Shown piece by piece: positions 27,051-32,000 of a stretch of 32,000 nucleotides of DNA (position 1 is the first letter of the stretch; each line of letters starts with the position of its first letter). The translations under genes were made by a program, and so were the position numbers. The notes beneath the pieces were generated by a model. That model was not told the DNA's origin, made no database searches, and saw only the letters and a list, made by a program, of their open reading frames with translations. The DNA lies in assembly GCF_001457595.1 (NCBI RefSeq), contig NZ_LN831039.1, positions 5,250,001 through 5,282,000 on the forward strand, in the 5' to 3' direction. This stretch comes from Mycolicibacterium smegmatis (GTDB taxonomy: Bacteria > Actinomycetota > Actinomycetes > Mycobacteriales > Mycobacteriaceae).

Positions 27051-28049
27051 ATGCCAACCATGACTGCCATCGGCGCGTTCGACGCGCTGCCCATCGACGA
27101 CCCTAACTCGTTGCAGGACATCACCATCGAGGTGCCCGAACTCCGGCCACACGACGTGCTGGTGCGCGTCGAGGCGGTGTCGGTGAACCCCGTCGACATC
27201 AAGCGCCGGCGCAGCCTGAGCCCGTCAACCGAACCCACCATCCTCGGGTTCGACGCCGCGGGCGTCGCGGAGGCCGTCGGCAGCGAGGTCACCACCCTGT
27301 CCGTCGGCGACGAGGTCTGGTACGCCGGTGACGTCAGCCGGCCCGGCACCAACGCCGACCTGCACGCCGTCGACGAGCGCATCGTCTCGCGCAAACCCCG
27401 CTCACTGTCGTTCCGGGACGCCGCCGCGTTGCCTCTCACCACCATCACCGCATGGGAGACGCTGTTCGAGCGGTTCAACCTCACCGCGGAATCCCAGGGC
27501 GACCTGCTGGTTCTCGGCGCCGCCGGTGGGGTCGGATCGGTCATGATCCAACTGGCCAAGAAGCTCACCGGGGTGCGGGTGATCGCGACCGCGAGCCGCG
27601 ACGAGTCCCGGCAGTGGGCGCGCGACCTGGGCGCCGACGAGGTGATCGACCACCACGATCTGCGCGCACAGGCGCTCGACGTCGCGCCCGACGGTGTCGA
27701 CTACCTGTTCACGCCGTTCTCGGCAGGCAACGTCGACGTGTTCGCCGACATCGTCCGGCCCTTCGGCCACATCACCGCCATCGACGAGCCGGAAGGCCTG
27801 GACCTGGTGGGCCTGAAGACGAAAAGCATTGCGTGGCATTGGGAGTTGATGTTCACGCGGCCGCTCACCGGTTACGACATCGCCGCGCAGCAACGGCTGC
27901 TCGCCGACGCCGCCGATCTGGTGGACCGCGGTGAACTGCGGACGACGCTGACCACGGCCATCGACGGCTTCACGGCGGCGAACCTGCGCGAGGCACACCG
28001 GATGGTCGAGTCCGGTCGCATGGTGGGCAAGGTGGTCGTTTCCCGCTGA
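27051..28049 (+). CDS. Zinc-binding-type alcohol dehydrogenase / quinone oxidoreductase family (MDR)
   Basis: VRVEAVSVNPVDIKRRR, LGFDAAGVAEAVG, LLVLGAAGGVGSVMIQLAKKLTGVRVIATASR. Confidence 0.9.
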   Translation: MPTMTAIGAFDALPIDDPNSLQDITIEVPELRPHDVLVRVEAVSVNPVDIKRRRSLSPSTEPTILGFDAAGVAEAVGSEVTTLSVGDEVWYAGDVSRPGTNADLHAVDERIVSRKPRSLSFRDAAALPLTTITAWETLFERFNLTAESQGDLLVLGAAGGVGSVMIQLAKKLTGVRVIATASRDESRQWARDLGADEVIDHHDLRAQALDVAPDGVDYLFTPFSAGNVDVFADIVRPFGHITAIDEPEGLDLVGLKTKSIAWHWELMFTRPLTGYDIAAQQRLLADAADLVDRGELRTTLTTAIDGFTAANLREAHRMVESGRMVGKVVVSR

Positions 28050-28141
28050 TCACGGCCGATCACAGTGCCGTTTAACGTCGATGACCGACCGTTGAGCGCA
28101 GCACTGCCGGGTTTCGGCGTCTGCCCAGCAGGCAATCCCCT

Positions 28142-28166
28142 ATGTGACTCACATCTCAATTAGGTT
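28142..28166 (+). promoter_or_regulatory. Palindrome ATGTGA-C-TCACAT preceding -10-like TAGGTT
   Basis: 13-bp odd palindrome 28142..28154; TAGGTT 28161..28166, upstream of DUF485-actP. Confidence 0.35.
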
Positions 28167-28207
28167 CAGTGCGCGAGCCCGCCCACAGTTGACCTTCAGG
28201 AGTCACG

Positions 28208-28555
28208 GTGTCCGAAACCGACCTATCCCCCCGACGCGCGCCCACAAGTGCGCAATTCGTGGCCATGCAGGCCAGCCCCGAATTCAAGGAGCTGCGCAGC
28301 CGGCTGCGGCGCTTCGTGTTCCCCATGACGGCGTTCTTCCTGGTCTGGTACGCCATCTACGTCGCCCTGGGCGCCTTCGCCCACGACTTCATGGCAATCC
28401 AGGTGATCGGCAACATCAACGTCGGCCTGATCATCGGCCTGGGCCAGTTCCTGTCGACGTTCGTCATCACCGGTCTGTACGTCCGGTTCGCCAACCGGGA
28501 ACTCGACCCGCGTGCGGCCGCCATCCGTGAGGAACTGGAAGGACCCGCGCAGTGA
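28208..28555 (+). CDS. DUF485 family membrane protein (YjcH-like)
   Basis: SPEFKELRSRLRRFVFPMTAFFLVWYAIYVALGAFAHDFM; CAGGAG RBS; precedes ActP-like gene with ATGA-type overlap. Confidence 0.92.
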   Translation: MSETDLSPRRAPTSAQFVAMQASPEFKELRSRLRRFVFPMTAFFLVWYAIYVALGAFAHDFMAIQVIGNINVGLIIGLGQFLSTFVITGLYVRFANRELDPRAAAIREELEGPAQ

Positions 28556-30183
28556 ACGTGACCCTGCATGCCGCCGAGACCGTCGGCAACCCGGCAGCCA
28601 ACATCGGCATCTTCAGCCTCTTCGTCGTCGTCACGCTTTTCGTGGTGATCCGCGCCAGCAAGCGCAACGCCACCGCCACCGAGTTCTTCACCGGCGGTCG
28701 CGGTTTCTCCGGCCCACAGAACGGCATCGCGATCGCCGGTGACTACCTGTCGGCGGCCAGCTTCCTCGGCATCGCGGGCGCCATCGCCGTCTACGGCTAC
28801 GACGGCTTCCTGTACTCGATCGGCTTCCTGGTGGCGTGGCTTGTCGCCCTGCTGCTTGTCGCCGAATTGTTGCGCAACACAGGCAAATTCACGATGGCCG
28901 ATGTGCTGAGCTTTCGGCTCAAGCAGCGCCCGGTCCGCATGGCGGCGGCCACCTCCACGCTGACGGTGTCGCTGTTCTACCTGCTGGCCCAGATGGCGGG
29001 CGCCGGTGGTCTGGTCGCACTGCTGCTCGACGTCAACAGCCGGTCCGGCCAGTCGCTGGTGATCGCCGTCGTCGGCGTCCTGATGATCGTCTACGTCCTG
29101 GTGGGCGGCATGAAGGGCACCACGTGGGTGCAGATCATCAAAGCCGTGCTGCTGATCGCGGGCGCCGGCCTCATGACGGTCATGGTGCTCGTGAAGTTCG
29201 GGATCAACCTCTCCGACATCCTCGGCTCCGCCCAGACCGCGATCTCGGAATCCACCACGCAGGGTGTCGCAAGCCGCGACGTGCTGGCCCCGGGTGCCCA
29301 GTACGGCGGATCGTTCACCTCGCAGATCAACTTCATCTCGCTGGCGCTGGCGCTCGTGCTCGGCACCGCGGGCCTGCCGCACGTGCTGATGCGGTTCTAC
29401 ACCGTGCCGACCGCCAAGGAAGCCCGCCGCTCGGTGGTGTGGGCGATCGCGCTGATCGGCGCCTTCTACCTGTTCACCCTGGTGCTGGGCTACGGTGCGG
29501 CGGCGCTCGTCGGACCCGACCGCATCCTCGGCGCGGCCGGTGGTGTGAACTCGGCGGCCCCGCTGCTGGCGTTCGAACTCGGCGGCGTGATCCTGCTCGG
29601 CATCATCTCCGCGGTCGCGTTCGCCACGATCCTCGCGGTGGTCGCGGGCCTGACCATCACGGCGTCGGCGTCGTTTGCCCACGACGTGTACGCCAGCGTG
29701 CTGAAGTCGCACAAGGTGACCGAGGACGAGCAGGTGCGGGTCTCGCGCATCACCGCGGTGGTGCTGGGCGTCCTCGCGATCGGTCTGGGCATCCTGGCCA
29801 ACGGGCAGAACATCGCGTTCCTGGTGGCGCTGGCGTTCGCGGTCGCGGCCGCGGCCAACCTGCCGACCATCGTGTACTCGCTGTACTGGAAGCGGTTCAA
29901 CACCCGCGGCGCCCTGTGGAGCATGTACGGCGGCCTGATCTCGACGATCGTGCTGATCGTGTTCTCCCCCGCGGTGTCGGGTTCGAAGACCGCGATGATC
30001 CCCGGCGCGGACTTCGACTTCTTCCCGCTGGCCAACCCGGGCATCGTGTCGATCCCGCTGGCGTTCATCCTGGGCATCGTCGGCACGCTGACCTCGCCGG
30101 ATGACGAGGATCCCGCCATCGCCGCCGAGATGGAGGTCCGCTCGCTGACCGGTGTCGGCGCTGAAAAAGCAATTTCACACTGA
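28552..30183 (+). CDS. actP: Cation/acetate symporter, SSS family
   Basis: TEFFTGGRGFSGPQNGIAIAGDYLSAASFLGIAGAIAVYGYDG; DUF485-ActP gene pair. Confidence 0.9.
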   Translation: MNVTLHAAETVGNPAANIGIFSLFVVVTLFVVIRASKRNATATEFFTGGRGFSGPQNGIAIAGDYLSAASFLGIAGAIAVYGYDGFLYSIGFLVAWLVALLLVAELLRNTGKFTMADVLSFRLKQRPVRMAAATSTLTVSLFYLLAQMAGAGGLVALLLDVNSRSGQSLVIAVVGVLMIVYVLVGGMKGTTWVQIIKAVLLIAGAGLMTVMVLVKFGINLSDILGSAQTAISESTTQGVASRDVLAPGAQYGGSFTSQINFISLALALVLGTAGLPHVLMRFYTVPTAKEARRSVVWAIALIGAFYLFTLVLGYGAAALVGPDRILGAAGGVNSAAPLLAFELGGVILLGIISAVAFATILAVVAGLTITASASFAHDVYASVLKSHKVTEDEQVRVSRITAVVLGVLAIGLGILANGQNIAFLVALAFAVAAAANLPTIVYSLYWKRFNTRGALWSMYGGLISTIVLIVFSPAVSGSKTAMIPGADFDFFPLANPGIVSIPLAFILGIVGTLTSPDDEDPAIAAEMEVRSLTGVGAEKAISH

Positions 30184-30247
30184 CATCACATCTACCGGAC
30201 GCCGGGTGTGGGGATTAGGTCGACGACGCGCAAGCGTTGATCGGGTC

Positions 30248-31453
30248 GTGCCCCACACTCGGCGTTTCTCATTTGCCCTTCTGGCCTATGCCTTCGCGGC
30301 GATCATGGTCGGCACCACACTGCCGACCCCGATGTATGCGCTCTACGCCGAGCACATGAACTTCGCGGTGCTCACCACCACCGTCATCTACGCCACCTAC
30401 GCCGGTGGCGTTCTGTTTGCGTTGCTGCTGTTCGGCCGCTGGTCGGACGCCATCGGCCGACGGCCCATGCTCTTGGCCGGTGTGGCGGCCGCGCTGATCA
30501 GCGCCGGGGTGTTCCTGATGGCCGACTCCGTCCCGGTGCTGCTGATCGGGCGGATCTTCTCGGGCCTGTCGGCGGGCATCTTCACCGGGACCGCGACCGC
30601 GGCCGTCATCGAGGCCGCACCGCCGGCCTGGCGCACCCGCGCCGCCGCGGTCGCCACCGTCGCCAACATCGGCGGCCTGGGCACCGGTCCGCTGCTCGCG
30701 GGTCTGCTGGTCGAATACGCACCCCGACCGTTGCACCTGTCGTTCGTCGTCCACATCGTGATGGCGGTGCTCGCCGGCGCCGCGGTGTTCGCCGTTCCGG
30801 AGACGTCGAGCAGGTCCGGCAGCATCGGCCTGCAGCGGCTCTCGGTGCCGCCCGAGGTGCGCACCGTGTTCGTCATCGCCGCCATCGCCGCGTTCGCCGG
30901 TTTCGCCGTCACGGGGATGTACACGGCGGTCGCACCGTCGTTTCTGTCCAACGTGATCGGCGTCGACAACCACGCCGTCGCCGGTGCGGTCGCCTGCTCG
31001 ATCTTCGCGGCCTCGGCCGTCACACAGGTACTCGCCAACCGGGTCCAACCAGGGCGGGCCGTGGCCGTCGGCTGCGCGATCCTGATCGCCGGCATGCTCA
31101 TTCTCACTGCGGCACTGCTGTTCTCGTCACTGCCCGCACTGATCGCCGCGGCCGTCGTGTCCGGCGTCGGGCAGGGTATGAGCTTCAGCCGGGGGTTGGC
31201 CGCGATCGCTGAGAAGACCCCGCCCGACCGTCGCGCCGAGGTGAGCTCGACCTATTTCGTCGTCGCCTACGTCGCGATCTCGCTGCCCGTGGTCGGTGAG
31301 GGGCTCTCGGCGCAACACTGGGGCCTGCGCCCCGCAGGCATCGCGTTCGCTCTTGCGGTCTGCGTGCTCGCGGTGATCTGTCTGGTGGCCATCCTGGTCG
31401 AGGAATCCCGGCAGAGACGCGCCGAGAGCGCGGAATTGAGTGCTTCTACCTAG
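30248..31453 (+). CDS. MFS transporter
   Basis: FALLAYAFAAIMVGTTLPTPMYALYAEHM, GRWSDAIGRRPMLLAG. Start uncertain; GTG 30206 or 30248 preferred over listed 30152, which is inside actP. Confidence 0.85.
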   Translation: MPHTRRFSFALLAYAFAAIMVGTTLPTPMYALYAEHMNFAVLTTTVIYATYAGGVLFALLLFGRWSDAIGRRPMLLAGVAAALISAGVFLMADSVPVLLIGRIFSGLSAGIFTGTATAAVIEAAPPAWRTRAAAVATVANIGGLGTGPLLAGLLVEYAPRPLHLSFVVHIVMAVLAGAAVFAVPETSSRSGSIGLQRLSVPPEVRTVFVIAAIAAFAGFAVTGMYTAVAPSFLSNVIGVDNHAVAGAVACSIFAASAVTQVLANRVQPGRAVAVGCAILIAGMLILTAALLFSSLPALIAAAVVSGVGQGMSFSRGLAAIAEKTPPDRRAEVSSTYFVVAYVAISLPVVGEGLSAQHWGLRPAGIAFALAVCVLAVICLVAILVEESRQRRAESAELSAST

Positions 31454-31489
31454 AGACCCCATCGCCGACGCCCCATAGCGTTTGCTTCC

Positions 31490-32000
31490 ATGACAGCAAA
31501 CGCGATGACGGTGTTCCCCAGCCCGGCCGAGGTGGCGGCGAGCACTCCGCACGACCGTGACCGTGCCATCGACGTCATCCGCATCGTGAGCCTGGTGGGT
31601 GTGGTGCTGGGCCACACGATCATGGCGACCAGCACGATCCGCGACGACGTGTTCATCTGGAGCAACCTGCTCACGGCCTCGCCCGTGTTCCAGGCGCTGA
31701 CCTGGGTGTTCCAGATCATGCCGCTGTTCTTCTTCGCCGGGGTCGCGGCGTGCGTGCAATCGTGGCGGCCCGGCACCGCGTGGGGCGGATGGCTGCTGCG
31801 CCGCTGCACGCGGTTGTACCGCCCGGTGTTCTACTACCTGGCGTTCTGGACCGCCACGCTGGTGGTGCTGCGCGCGATCCTCCCCGTGCACGTATACGAA
31901 CCGATCGCGGGCATCTCGACACAGTTGTTGTGGTTCCTGGGCGCCTACGTCCTGGTGCTGGCCGCCGTGCCACTGCTCGCGCGCATCACCACCACCGGCC
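31490..32000 (+). CDS. Acyltransferase-3 family membrane protein, truncated by window end
   Basis: My translation from ATG 31490: MTANAMTVFPSPAEVAASTPHDRDRAIDVIRIVSLVGVVLGHTIMATS...MPLFFFAGVAACVQSW; open to the window edge, absent from the ORF track. Confidence 0.8.
   Translation, partial: MTANAMTVFPSPAEVAASTPHDRDRAIDVIRIVSLVGVVLGHTIMATSTIRDDVFIWSNLLTASPVFQALTWVFQIMPLFFFAGVAACVQSWRPGTAWGGWLLRRCTRLYRPVFYYLAFWTATLVVLRAILPVHVYEPIAGISTQLLWFLGAYVLVLAAVPLLARITTTG

Noticed and set aside
28357-29712. 451-aa minus-strand ORF and 28836..30104 plus-strand ORF
   Set aside because: Both are alternate-frame readings of actP with no family motifs.
1-32000. Defence systems, prophage, IS elements, toxin-antitoxin, BGC, tRNA/rRNA
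   Set aside because: No transposase, integrase, nuclease/NTPase defence pairs, RNA gene sequence or terminal inverted repeats recognised in any frame; gene content is metabolic and transport.

Overview
High-GC actinobacterial window. The gene order pro/ala-rich secreted proteins - pimE - PCD - mutT2 - narGHJI matches the M. tuberculosis Rv1157c-Rv1164 neighbourhood, so this is almost certainly a Mycobacterium/Mycolicibacterium chromosome (species not proven from sequence alone). Contents: (i) minus-strand respiratory nitrate reductase locus narK-narG-narH-narJ-narI plus a PNPOx-fold protein; (ii) a carbohydrate locus lying between nar and mutT2: GH1, LacI regulator and GH3 on the minus strand, and a divergent ABC sugar importer (lipoprotein plus two permeases, no ATPase) on the plus strand, sharing a promoter region with matched palindromes; (iii) mutT2, pterin carbinolamine dehydratase, pimE and two Ala/Pro-rich secreted proteins; (iv) DUF1059, nitroreductase, HhH-GPD glycosylase and DUF732 genes; (v) a LytS/LytTR-type two-component pair translationally coupled to a small membrane protein and an SSS-family symporter; (vi) a zinc-independent-looking MDR alcohol dehydrogenase/quinone oxidoreductase, a DUF485-ActP symporter pair, an MFS transporter and a truncated acyltransferase-3 gene. 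I see no CRISPR, phage, transposon, defence island, tRNA or rRNA. The most interesting signals are the nearly gapless run from the sugar-catabolic genes into narKGHJI, the paired TCGAAA-N2-TTTCGA operators, a 27-bp back-to-back leaderless promoter between mutT2 and PCD, a long bidirectional terminator hairpin, and the sensor-transporter operon with an enlarged extracytoplasmic loop. All regulatory calls are pattern-based and untested.
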